From positions 3,707,967 through 3,771,966 of the forward strand of contig MU058636.1 in assembly GCA_013265495.1 (NCBI GenBank): a stretch of DNA of 64,000 nt, read 5' to 3'. Of the stretch, positions 28,444 to 41,040 are shown piece by piece. The translations under genes were made by a program, and so were the position numbers. Numbering within the stretch: the first letter of the stretch is position 1; every line of letters begins with the position of its first letter. Source of the stretch: Vicugna vicugna. Its lineage: Eukaryota. The notes below the pieces were generated by a model. That model was not told the DNA's origin. It did not search any database and was given only the letters and a program-made list of their open reading frames with translations.

Positions 28444-29160
28444 CATCAAAGGACACAATCAACAGAAAAGACAACCATGAAGTGAGAGAAAATATTTGCA
28501 AATCGTATATCCAACAAGAGACTAGTGTCCAGCATATATGAAGAACTCTTACACGTCAGTAATAACAGGAAAACCACTCAAATGAAAAATGGGCAGAGGA
28601 TTTGAATAGACATTTCTCCCAAGAAGATATATGAATGGCCCAACAGGCACATGAGAAGGTGTTCAACATCACTGATCATTAGGGAGATGCAAATCCAAAC
28701 CACAATGAGATGCCACATCCTGTCCATTAGGGCTGCTATTATTAAAAAAACCCAAAACCCTAAAATACTCTCAACAAACCAGAAAATAACAAGTGTTGGT
28801 GAGGATGTGGAGAAACTAGAACTCTGTACACTGCTGGTGGGAAGGCAAAATGGTACAGCCACTATAGAAAACAGTATGGCAGTTTCTCAAAAAATTAAAC
28901 ACAGAATTTTCGCATGATCCAGCAATTTCACTTCTGAGTATATACCCGAAAGGACTGAAAGTAGAAACTCGAACAAGTATTTGTACACCAGTGGTCACAG
29001 CAGTATTATTCAAGATATCCAAAAGGCGGAAACAACCCAAATGTCCATTGATGATGCATGGATAAACATGTGGTCCATACACACAATGGAATATTACTCA
29101 GCCTTAAAAAGGAAGGACATTCTGACACATGCTACAACATAGACCAACCTTGAAAACATG
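28444..29160 (+). mobile_element. L1 fragment (ORF2 C-terminal region into 3'UTR)
   Basis: ORF 28651..28917 reads MRRCSTSLIIREMQIQTTMR...[16 protein letters not shown], typical of the L1 ORF2 C-terminus. Followed by acaatggaatattactcagcc. Confidence 0.9.
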
Positions 29161-29617
29161 GGCTGCAGTGAATGTAATGGCTGTGAGTTCCACCTGTGGA
29201 AGAGGTTCTTTATAGCTGTTTTACGTGAAACTCTGGGTGTATAACTGGGTAACTCGGACCTCGGGGTGGCCTGGCCTCATTCAGATAAATTATTTATAGG
29301 TTTTACTTATTTATTTTTTTAAAGAAATGGGAAATCATCATAACTGACTAGTGATTTGAATAAGATATTTAAACAGGAAAAAATTTTTTAAATCTTTGGA
29401 AGTATCTATTATCAGACAGGCATACACTCATTTTTTTCCTAATTATTTTATAAATGTCAAAAATTCACTTAAACTATATGGCTATTATTTGGAGTAAAAT
29501 GGTGATTATGTCAATGAATCTGTTAATTATCTTATTTATTAGAACCCTATTTATGTTTCTCCGACCTTACATACATCATAGAATGTCAATTCATGCCTCT
29601 AATTTCCCCAAATGTTC

Positions 29618-29662
29618 AGTTTTTTGTTTTGTTTTTGTTTTTGTTTTTGTTTTCGTTTTTTT
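29618..29662. repeat. (GTTTTT)n-type simple repeat
   Basis: Read directly from the sequence. Confidence 0.85.
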
Positions 29663-29769
29663 AGTTCACCTGGGACTATAAAATGGATTTCAGGCAGCAT
29701 TGTTGGTTGACAATTGCTTCAAATTCAGCGACTTGAGCAGTTAGTTGGTTGCATATTCATCATCCATTC

Positions 29770-30285
29770 CCCTCCATCCTCATTCTCTTCCCAGCAGCTA
29801 ATCACTTTCTCCTGGGGGATCCATCAGGTTCCGGGGAAGCTGATTTCAGGTCCATCTTCAGCACTGGGGGCGTGTAGTCTATGTTAAGCCAATCAGTGCC
29901 TTCCATTCCTCTGGACACAGACATTGGTTACCAAGTGGGCATGTGACCTAAGGAGGCCCAATCAGAATGAATCTTGAGGTTTTGGGGGGAAAGGCTGGGC
30001 AGGGATGCTCTCTGTTCTGTCCTGGACCACAGTGAGGAAGCACCATGCCTGAGAGCTGCCAGAAGCTACAGGGGACCTTGAAGGGAGTAAGTCTTAGAAT
30101 TTGACACCGAAAAGGGCAAAATAAAGAGCTAGAAAGAAACTGGATTTGTGGTGACATTGTTGAGCTACTGGATCAAGCCTTGTGTGAAGCCAGTGTTATC
30201 TCCAGCATTTTCAGTTACTTAAGCTAACAAATTCCCTTGATGGTTTAAACCATTTTGAGTGAAGCTTTCTATTACTTGCATTCAA
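29770..30285 (+). mobile_element. Old MLT1-like LTR
   Basis: ggcatgtgacctaag..ccaatcaga...tgagctactggatcaagcc...ttttcagttac...aaattccct...ttctattacttgca. Confidence 0.65.
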
Positions 30286-30560
30286 GGTGAGAGAGTTTAT
30301 CTATGACATATTAGTATACAACTTAGCAGTTTACAAATCATCTTATCCTCCTTGGTTTTCACAACATCTCCACAGGGATATTCAGAAAGGCTATAATTCC
30401 TCTCATCTTACATGAAGAAAGGGAGCAGGAAGGCATTGCCCTAAGGTTAAACAGATGGTTAAGTAGAAAACTTACGTGAGGACAGGAAGTATGCTGTATT
30501 CTCAGCATCCTTTATAGTGTCGTCAACTGGATTAATACATGCTGAATAAAGAAATAAATT

Positions 30561-30715
30561 GGGGGGAGGGTACAGCTCAGTGGTAGAGTGTGTGCTTAGC
30601 GTGCATGAGGTCATGGGTTCAATTCCTAGTACCACCATTCAAATAAATAAAGAAAGAAATATACACAGTTACCTCCCCTGCCCAAATAAAAAGAATTTAA
30701 AAATCTTTTAAAAAG
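30561..30715 (+). mobile_element. tRNA-derived SINE, camelid Vic-1-like
   Basis: GGGGGGAGGGTACAGCTCAGTGGTAGAG (A box)...GGGTTCAATTCC (B box), A-rich tail, and imperfect AGAAATAAA(A)T flanking repeats. Confidence 0.8.
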
Positions 30716-33269
30716 AGAAATAAAATGAAGAATAGAATTGAAATAGTAAAACGAGCAGTAAGCTTTGTGTTAATTATTCATTCCTTTTTCCAACAAATTT
30801 TTGCCAAATGCCTGCTATGTACTAGGCATGAGACTAAGTGTTCAAATTAAATACTCTTTGTCTCAACAAAGTGCAAAAGAGAGAGAGAAAATTGTTGAAA
30901 TCTTTAATATTCTTATGCTCTTTTAAAAGTTTCAACCCTTTAAGAGATTATTTCAAGTCCTGCAGTGTTTTGCTAGAGAGGATCCATGAGTTTTGAATTT
31001 TGCTCTTTTCTGTTGCACGTGTCCATGGTTTCCACCTCACTGAACTTGAGGATGAATACCTCTTAAGCAGAAAAACATGTCCGTGGCTGTATGCTGCCTG
31101 TGTTCAGTGCAGCCGAACACCTCACAGACCCTGAATTATTGTCTCCTCGCTGTCGGAGTCTCCTTCTGACAGGATGGTAGGGGATCCGCTCATTCAGATC
31201 TCTGGGGGCCATCAAGATGGACTTTTACTATTTTAGTATGTACCACGGTAGATCGGAAATCCATACTTAACGGGAGAAGGCAATATATAAATCTGAAACT
31301 CTGTCCGATTTTAGATCAACAGGAAAGTGGAAGGAAGACTGCCCTGTGGGAAGGAGGCACTAGCCAGCTGGTTGGGAGAAGAGCGTGAACCGTGATCCCC
31401 AGGGATGGACGGAGACCTGAAGAAAGACACAACCAAGAAATTTACATCCTTATCCCTCCTCAGAAACCTCAGAGAATGACATTCACAGAATCGACGGATG
31501 AAAACAGCTTCACGATTTAAAAACGCAGCAAGGTTTTGTTTTCTCTTTTCCTGTCTTGCCTGAGAGCAGAGAAAAGGGAGCTGCTCGTTGGATGCATTTT
31601 GATGTTGGAGTTTGGGAAAGTCAGACCTGAGCAGTGGGAAGATTTGTAAATGCCCCCGAGCGAGGCTGAGCCAGGTCCGAATCCTTCCTCTGACAATTCA
31701 GGCCGCGCACTTAATCCTCAGTCCTTTCCTCACCTGGAAAGCAGCGATAACATGTCCCTTAACAGTGAGACACATGCGTGTAAAATGCCCGGCGTATTCC
31801 AGGCACCTAGGAAATGGTAGCTGTTGGTTTGTACTTTTTACATAAGTGGGACAAACTTGGACTCATTAAAAAAGTGTCGCACTTACTTCTTGCTTTTCTT
31901 ATCAGAAAAAAAAAAGTTTATCTTCAGAAAATGTCTAATAGCACAGAAAGGAAAAAGCAAATGAAAAACACCTGGTACTTTTCAGAGCCTCAAAATTCAA
32001 TCATGGCTGCATGATGAGGGTGGAACGTTGCCCTCATGTTCCTCTTACTGCTGAACTTACTACTTTCATCTGAGAAAACAAGGGAGGCTTTGGTTCACAT
32101 CCTCGAATACCACTCGAAGTGTCTCATGTTTCTGATATTGTCTTGCAGGACCTTGAGCAAACTAACAGTAAAAGAGATGGATGACTGAGGATTATTCAGC
32201 AGGTTCTCGGCAGCCTTTCAGAACCCTTAACAACAGTGTCTCAACTGTTTAGTCATAAACTTGTGATGTTTCCCCTTGGGTAAGGTCTCTCGTCTTTGAA
32301 GCTGAGTCCACACCAGCTGTCAATGGCCTGATTTTTTCCTGTTAAGGACCAAGGAGGAGGCAGGCTGATGGGTGGCTGCTGGCTCCCACCCCCGCCCCTT
32401 CAGGTGATGGATTAGGAGCAGGCCCACTCCGGGTGTGAGGCTAAGGTGTGGGTGGAGGCAGCTCTGAACAAAGCCTAGAGCACTGATGTGGAGTGGGGCG
32501 GCCCTGCCGATCACTTCTGACCTGTTCCTTATCTGCACTGTTCTGGTTAGAGAAAACAGCACGGTGAAAGGTTGCAAATATTGTGCAGCCGAAGTGGCAG
32601 TCTTGCATTATACTAGTACATTTGGCATGAGGTTTACAGAGAATCAAAGCAATTTAGGAAATTCATGTTTTTTTTTTCAGCTGAAAATACCTGATAACTA
32701 ACCATTTCTAATTCTTTAAGTTACAGAACTTGAATTTTGTTTTTGACAGTATATAAAATCAATTCTGTGATGCTCTAAAAGTGTAAAGTGTCACTGACAT
32801 GCTTAAACCATACCTTTATGCTGTATAATCCCAGATGCCTCCCTGCACTGGGCTTAGGAACTTTGAATAAGCTTATTGGTCATTCAGAATCAGGGAAACT
32901 TAGAACCGAAGATTCTCACTTCTCTTCAAGGTCTTGGAAGAAATTCTCAAACCTTGCACGTCTATGTCTCACGCCTTTCACATCCCAAGGTTGAATCTGC
33001 TGATAATCATGTAAACTTCTGTATCACTTAATACCTTTCAAAACATGTATCTTCACAATATAACAAGCAGAGGAGACATCATTATCTTCGCTTTTTGGAG
33101 GAGAATATTTAATACTCAAAGAAATCAACCAACTTGGATAACGATCACTTTGAAGAATTGCTGAGTCTCTAGGAGGAACTGCACATATTGGATACAAGTT
33201 GCAAACTAAGCTTGATATAAACTCAATTTTTAAAATGTAAAAGTGAAATCGTAAATATTTGAGAAGGAA

Positions 33270-33980
33270 ATAAACAAGAATATTGTTATAATTCGAGGGG
33301 TAGTGATAGAGAAGGATTTTATAACTATGACTTTCAGGACAAAAGTCATAGTGGAAAATATTACTGGATTTGAGTCCTTAAAACACACACACACCCCCAA
33401 CTCCTGAATGGTGAAAAACATACTTTGATAGACTTTGGTATTTAACAAAGTCTAAAGGTAGATGATAAATTTAAAAATAAAAGGAAAATCTTTAATATAT
33501 AAAAAGCTCTTACAATCCAATAAAGTAAAGATGAATCCATATGTTAACAAGGGATACAAATAGCAAATTCCCAGTGGAAACAATTAAAATGTCCAATAAA
33601 CATAAACAAAAATGTTTAACCTTTCTGGTAACAAAATAAATAAAAATTAAAAAAATGAAACTCCCCAACCTGATGGGGAAAAAATGAAATAGACTGAAAG
33701 TATCCAGTATTGGCAAGGATTTGGGGGGAAAAAGTCATCTACATGCTGTGCTGCTGGGAATTTAAAGTGGTAAAACTTTTTGGAGAGCAATTGGGCATCA
33801 TGTACCAAAATCCTTGACAAAGAGCATAGCACCAGATCCAGTTTCTAGGGGTGAATTTTAAGCAAGTAATTGGACAAGCTGCCAAAGATCCAAGTGCAAA
33901 AAATGTAAATGGTAGAATTTTTTTCATAATAGTGAAAAATAAGAAATAACTTAAAATACTGACAATATAGGGTTATATGT
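33270..33980 (+). mobile_element. Old, degraded L1 fragment
   Basis: A-rich, with L1M-like motifs (cagtattggcaaggat, tttggagagcaattgggca, tttctagggg). Confidence 0.65.
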
Positions 33981-34094
33981 AATTATTTTAAAAAGGACTA
34001 CCAAGTACCATGAATAGTTTGATGTAATTTTATTTGGCAAAAGTGCACGTATATATTAATGAAAACACACACACAAGCACGGAACAGTGCCGTC

Positions 34095-34290
34095 ACTGTC
34101 TTGGTGCAATAATCCATTTAATCCTCACTACAACCTTGTGAAGTGGGTGCTGTAAAGAAATCCACTTCACAGATGAGGAAACTGAGGCAGAAAGAGGGAC
34201 ACACTTACCTAATGTCCCACAGCGGGAAGGTGCAGGGCCTGGACTCCCATCCAAGTCCTGTGGTTCCAAGGTGCCTGGTTTTAACACTGG
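34095..34290 (-). mobile_element. MIR SINE (further MIR fragments near 6480-6610, 24280-24430, 27780-27860, 48290-48480)
   Basis: catttaatcctcactacaacc...acagatgaggaaactgaggcaga MIR core. Confidence 0.75.
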
Positions 34291-36469
34291 GTGAAAAAGT
34301 GTGTTTTGTGTACTCACTTTACACGGTTAAGAAAGGCTTGGGGAGCCCACACTGAGCCACCTTCAGTGCTTACCTCTGGGTGGGGGTAACAGTAGAGGGA
34401 AGACGTCTGTTGATTAATTTTTAAAAATCAGATCAACGTATTCTGATTTTTCTGCCCTTAACACACATCACTCAGTGGTAATGAAGAACACGTTTTTCAA
34501 AGCTGTAGAGTTGTCAGAAATGGTGAGGAAATATTCATTCTCCCCGCTGATCTGCTGTTTTGGGAACTCACAGGCCAAAACAGGATTAATGAAGGGCCAG
34601 TTCCGATTTCCAACCCCCGTCCCACTAAGCCTGTGACGGTAAAGTCTCACAAAGACACAAAATGTGTGACGTTTTGTTTGCTAAATTTCTCTTCCTTCTG
34701 AGCATCCTGTGCCTGTCCTTTTTCCCTTCTGCAAGGACTCCCGCGCCAGGCCCGGCATTCCACAGGCCTGACGTTTGGGACCCTCTTACCACCGCTGTCA
34801 GCCCGGCGTAGCCAAGATCCTTACTGTTTCTGCTCCGTGTTTTCTCAAAATCCCAGGGGATCTTGGTAAGAGGAAAATTCTCATTTTTCTCTCCTGACTC
34901 AAATCATTTGGCTCTTGAGATTGTAACAAATACCAAGGGGCTTAGAAATAGTACAGTGTTTCCTGGTATTAAATTGTTTAGAAAGAGAGAACACACGCGG
35001 GGTTGCTGTCTCTGAACCTGTGTTGGCTTCACCAGCCCCAGCGTGGGGCCACTGAGACTCTTCAGTAACAACAGTGACGGCGGCATGAGGCTGCTAAGCT
35101 CTCGGGCCTGGGCCTGGGCCAAAGGCTTTGCACACACTCCTCTCCTGCCCACTCCTCGCAGAAACGGGAAGGGTTAAGGGCATCCATCCCCACATCTCCT
35201 GGGCTTGTTGGTGTAGCCGTTCTCATGCAGAGCTCACCAGTGGGAGAACCAGGATCTGCGCCCAGGTCTGTCCAAGCTCTAAGTCTGCGCCTTGGCCATT
35301 CCGGTCAGGGTCTAAGACCAGAGGTGACTACTGATTCCGTGGAGACTGAAGGTCTGCGTCCCGCCCCCTCACGCCCCCTAGAACGCGCCAGGACCAAGGG
35401 GCTTAACCAATGTTCGTGGAGTGAATGAACGACTGGGTCAGTGAGTGCAGGAGCAGGGCAAGCTCCTGCCTCAGGTCATCTGCGCTTCCTCTGGATGCTG
35501 TCCTTGTGCCAGATGCTTCCGGCCACTGCAGCATCCTAGCCCACATTCACCTCTGGGCCCACATCACTCAGTGCCCCGCCAGCAATTAAAGAGGTTTAAC
35601 CAAAGCTCCAAAGAACGTAACATGATGAACCAACCGGGCGGGCCTTGCCTGGGAACGCTGCAGCGGAGAGGGAGTGTTTATCTGGGCAGACAGTGCACTC
35701 AGAGAAGCAGTGAACTCAGAGATTAACACCGCCAGAGCCCGATGAGATCAGCAGAGAAGGGAGGAAGCAAAATTTTCCATTCCAGTTCAGCCATGACTAA
35801 AGTTGTCAGGAATCAGTGCAATAACCGTGAGTCTAACCGATTTGCATGGCTAAATCTCTCTGCAAATCTGGGCTTTTATTTTCCCATATGTTCCTACTTT
35901 AGCTTTCTTAAGACTTCAACAGATACAGTCACAGAAAAAGTGATTCAGAACATACTCAGTATATTTTTGCCATTTATTGAGCAAACACTCAATAGTCCAT
36001 ATCATGTGTCAGGTACCAGTCTAAGAACTTTCTATACATCCATGACACGATGCTGCCTTTCATTCATTGATTCATTCATTCAGTAAAGATAACTTGGATG
36101 TATTCTGTGAAACCACATTGCGCTAGGAATAAAAAAAGCATCAGATACAGTTTTTTTTCTCCCTCTCATGGGTTTAGTGGGAGAGACAGACGAATAAATC
36201 AATGCACACTGCCTGGATGGAAGCACACACAGCAGGTGCCGTCTGTCCCGGGGATTAGGCGGGAGGGCAGTGACTGAGCCCCGAGGAGGTGAGGTGTAAA
36301 CTGTGTCTTGAAGGGTGAGTCTTGGAGGCGCTGTAACACTGGCAGGGGTACAGTGTCGTAGGAGGAGCCCGTGCACAGCGCTGAGGGAAGGTCTCTCTGT
36401 GCCTCAGGGAGCAGCAAGGCCTGCCCCACAAGCCTGGAGCAGAGGATGTGGACGTGAGGCTGAGGCAGG

Positions 36470-36842
36470 ATCTCTGTCTGCTCGGGCTGCCATGCCAAAT
36501 ACCACGGACTAGGGGGCTGAATAAACAGACATTTATTTTTTCACCGCTCAGAGGCTGAAGTCCAAGATCAAGGGTCAGCAGTTCACGTATCTCCCGAGGC
36601 CTCTCTGGCCCATGGATGCGGCTTTCTCTCTGTGTCCTCATGTGACCATCCTTCCGTGCAAGACTGTCTGGTGTCTCTTCCTCTACTTATAAGGACACCA
36701 GTCCTATCGGAGGATGGCCTTGTTTTAATTTAATTACCTCCTTAAAGGCCCTATCTTCAAATACAATCATATTTTCTGGTACTGGGGGATTAGGACTTCT
36801 GTGTACAAATTTAGAGGGTGGGGTGGACACAATTCATCCAGA
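36470..36842 (-). mobile_element. MaLR LTR, MLT1A-like
   Basis: ctcgggctgccatgccaaataccac...ggctgaagtccaagatcaagg...ttataaggacaccagtcc...gggattaggactt. Confidence 0.85.
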
Positions 36843-38509
36843 AACCATGAGGAGGAGGGGCGGAGGCGGGTGAGGCTGGCATGGCAGCTGATGCAAGGGT
36901 CCAGGGAGAGAGAGGTGGAGGACCAAATGAAGAGCAGCAGCAGGCGTGAGAAGAAAGCAGGAGATTCCTGAGATTTGTGGAAGAATCTGCAGGGGAGGCA
37001 GCCAGTTGGCTGGGAGGACTGGGCGGAGGGACAGCAGAGGAGGGTGGGGGTGGAGGGAGGAAGTGAGAAGTGGGATGACTCCCAAGTTCTGAACAGAATG
37101 ATGGAGATGTTTCCTGGAATGAGGAATGGGGGAAGGAGCACATCTGGAGGCGAGAGGAAGATGCTGAGTTAAAGGTGCCAGTGGAAAACCACAGGGAGCT
37201 TTCAGCAGGGCGTTGGGATGTTGGTCTGAGAATCTAAAAAGAGGTCGGGCCTGGAGCCAGAGATTCGGGAATCATCAGCTAACATGGGGCCAAGAATTTG
37301 GAGCCAAGGGTTTGAACAAAAAGAAAAGAGAAGGTGGCCAAGGACAGAACCCTGGGATTCACGAAAAGGAGAAGGCTGAGAAGTGAGAGGAGGACAGGGA
37401 GAAGACAGGGAGCTGGCTCCGGCGAAGTGAGGGCCTGCTGTGTGCCGGGCGCTGTGCTGGACGCTGTGACAGCATCTCATGCAGCCCTTACAGATGTCCC
37501 TGTCGTAGGCATAACGCGAACTCTTAAAGAGCCTTTACTGTTCGGAATACTTTGCGATACCTTGTCAAACCCTCACAAAGCCCTACCGTGCACACACAAG
37601 GAAACGGCAGCACAGGAGTGATGTGCTTGAGATCAGAGAGCTAGAACTGGACTGGAATCCAGATGATACGGCACCAAGGTCTGAGCTCAGAACCATGTTG
37701 CTGTTCTGCATCAGCCTGTATTACACTCATTTTAGAGATGGGAAAGTTGAGGACCAGAGAGGTGAAGACGAGATGGCTAGTAAGTGTCAGAGTCGGGCTT
37801 TTAACTAAAACCTTTGCACTTTTCATTGTCTGTGCAACTTCTTTACAAGGTAAACAGGGAAAGAATTGCAGGGACAAGTGTCATCTAGTGAGATTAGGAC
37901 AGAAGGCATCTATTAGATTTGGCCACACGGAGGCCACTGGGGATTCAGGAAGGTCAGTTTCAGTGGTGTGATGGGGCAGAAGTCAGGCTGTAAAATCTTG
38001 AAGAGTGAACAGCAAGCCAGGAATGTAGATGATCCTTTCAGGGAGTTTGACTGTAGAGAGAAGGAGAGAGACGGAAAAGCAGCTAAAAAAGAGAAATGGG
38101 ATGTAAAAATGTTCCAAAAGTAATTTTTCATTTAAGAGGAAGAAACTTGCAGGCATTTGTATGCTGACAGAAAATCCAAGGCTGGGGGTATTGGGGGTGG
38201 AGAATTGACTTTCAGTCTGTTGTGAGTTTGGTTAATTGGAATCAGAGTCTCTGGGCCTGGCTGACGTGAACCTCCAAAAACGAGTCACTGAGCCTGTAAT
38301 CTGCTCACGTCACCAAAGCGCAGTCACCCCAAAGGGAACATATGCAGAATGACAGGATCCCGATTCTCTTGTTTTAACTGCAAACAGAGCCACAGACTCA
38401 TCTATAGGTGATCGTTCTGCTAAAAACAATCTCTAAATTTGAACGGCAGCATCACAGCAAAGCTGCTAGCTTCACTCGTAATCTAAGAACTACAGATGTA
38501 AATAGCTAC

Positions 38510-39010
38510 GAGGTACCATACCCTGAGTGCCAAAGACTTGACACCATGCTGGTGAGAAGACAATTTGGTACAATTCTTTTGGAAAATAATGGTACATGTT
38601 TCAAGAGACTTGTGTATTGCCATATCACTTGTCTCAATAATTCCATTTTGGAGAGTTTGGATATCAAAAGAAGTTAAAGTGCAAAGATGTTCATTGCAGC
38701 ATTGTTTACAATAAGGAAAAACTGGAAACAAATTAAAAGACCAAGAGCAAAAAAATGTCTAAAAAAACAATAGTATATCCACTTGATAGAAAATAACATA
38801 GTGGCTTAAAATAATACTTGCAAAGACAAATTTTGAAACACGACATACATATAGTCTTAAAGCAGAACAGCGGAATGAAAATTCTACATTGTGAACACAA
38901 TGGTGCAAACAAGCGAACAATGTAAAAAAGGCTGAAAATATCTTTACTAGCCTTGATTGTTTGCCTGGTTGGAAAAAAACCACACATGAAAATATTTCTA
39001 TACCTCTCCA
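38510..39010 (+). mobile_element. Old, degraded L1 fragment
   Basis: L1M-like motifs: tggtacaattctttttggaaaataat, caaagatgttcattgcagcattgtttacaata, aaactggaaaca. Confidence 0.65.
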
Positions 39011-39879
39011 CTGATTAGCAATGGCTGGCATTACTCACAATAAAGCTATTCTTTTCTGTTCACTTTTTCCTATCTTTCTCTGGCATTTTGGCAATACATA
39101 AATTATCCACAAAGAAATACAGGTGTTTTATTGAAAATGCATCAAATGAAACCTCTAGATAACACATCACAGGAAAGCATCTTTAAAATGTTTTTTTAAA
39201 ATAACGTTCAACATCATTTTTCCATTTGGAAAATGCAGGAAAATTGCAAAATCAGGGAACTATAGAAAGGCAAAGAAAAAGCTCATTTTAATTCTTCTAT
39301 GCAAGTGATAAGTGTTGATACTTCACTGCAACAGAACCAGATTTTGATGGGAGGGGCCATTATGTTCATTTTAACCAAGTGCACATAACTCTGACGTAGA
39401 ACTTGGTTAGATTTCACCCCTCAACAAAGCCAAATCATCCACAAACAGTGCAGAATTAAGGGTGATCAAACAGTATTGAGCTTGGTCCATGTGGAGCTGG
39501 GTGGGGCTCTGCAGTGGACCTGCCCTCATTGACCTTGTAATTGGGAAAGCAACTTCTTTCTGGAGCAGTTGTTGTTCTCGGCATGTACTCCACCAGTAGA
39601 TCAGAGACATGCTATAAGCAAAATGTAAGTAGACTTCAGCAACAAGTCTGGCCGTGGTGCCATCAGATGAGCTGTGCTGATCCCTGCATTTCTCCCAGTT
39701 ACTTGAGAACAGGACCATCCTCCATTCATTCAGCTCGGAATCTCCAGCAAACTGCTGGCCCTGGAACACAGCAGGTGCTCAACGAACATTTGTGGAGGTA
39801 AACTAAAGGCTTGGGTTCAGATTCCTACCCCATCACTTATTAGCTAGATGCTCTCATTCACTTCTCTAGCTTTTATCCT

Positions 39880-40608
39880 TGTCTTTGAGCTAATGACTTT
39901 CAAATTTCAATTGTTAACCCTGTCTTCTCCCCAAAACTCCAGACCCAGCTAACTAGCTCCCTCTTGGGTTTTCCACCTGGATGTTCCAAACGTAGCTTCA
40001 AATCAGAATGTCTCCACCTAAACTTCTCCTATTCCCTCCCCAAATCCACTTCCTCCCATGACCCTTGACTTTATTCATGGCTGTCACCATCTATGTACCC
40101 AAGTGAGAGACTAAATGTCTCCCTCTTCATTGCCTCATTCTTTCCTCTTCTGTTGATCAGCTCACGAAATCCTGCTGACTCTTGTTCAAAAATATCCCGA
40201 ATGCATCCTGTCATCTCCATTCCCACACCTGCTGTGTGAACTAGTTCCGAACCTCATTATACCTTACCTGGACTCTTACATCAGTGTCCTACCTGGTCTC
40301 TCTGCCTCAATCTGCCTGTTCCAAGACCCCTTCTATGTGACCATAACCGAAGGCATCTATTTTAACTCAGGCATAATTATAACATTTCCTTCCTTCAAGA
40401 CATTCAAGAGCTCCCAATTGCCCTGAGAAACTGAATTCTTAGACAACTCAGAGCGTCTGTCACAAACTGGCAACAACTCTTTCTGGTCTCATCTCTTACA
40501 AAACTCACCCTCTCACCCTAAATAGGCATTTTCTGCTTGGGCCACACCTTTTCCACTCTTCCCCCAAAAGATCATACTTTCTCTCTTTGCAAGATTGGTC
40601 TAGAATCT
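39880..40608 (+). mobile_element. L2 fragment (resumes at ~41041; duplicated at +2097)
   Basis: tgactttcaaattt...ctccagaccc...tccacctggatgt...cctggact...ctggtctctctgcctc. Confidence 0.65.
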
Positions 40609-41040
40609 TCTCTCCCAATTTTTTTTTTCTGTTCATTGTCTTTTATTACTTTTTTGATCTTTCTATTTTTTCTTTTTCCATTTTATTAGCTAGAATTATT
40701 ACAGTTTGACTGCACATATACATTATATTGCATGTGAATACTGTTCATTGTTTCTAAGAACAGATTAGAGCTTTAGCTTTTTAAACTTACATAGTTATCA
40801 AAGGAATAAAGGCAACCACAAATTAAGAATCAACAGAATGCAGTAATCCAATCATACAGGACAGTCAAATGTGCTTACGCATATTCAAGAAATCAATCAT
40901 CTAAGTTATAAATAATAAGGAGTTCATTTGTGCCCTTATTTTTTTTTTTTTAGGTTCTACATGTAAGTGATGTCACATGGCATTTTTCTTCTCTTTCCGG
41001 CCCACTTCACTTAGAATGACGATCTTCAGGTCTCTCCCAA
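40609..41040 (-). mobile_element. TSD-flanked chimeric retro-insertion (L1 fragment + mRNA-like 3' end + polyA); second copy at 42706-43137
   Basis: TCTCTCCCAA at 40609-40618 and 41031-41040; T10 at 40619-40628; TTTATT (minus-strand AATAAA) at 40642 and 40682. 40921-41030 resembles the L1 segment at 56151-56305. The insert interrupts an L2-like sequence. Confidence 0.75.

Noticed and set aside
30561..30635. Possible tRNA gene
   Set aside because: A and B boxes are present, but they are followed by a SINE body and A-rich tail with flanking repeats, so it is called a SINE.
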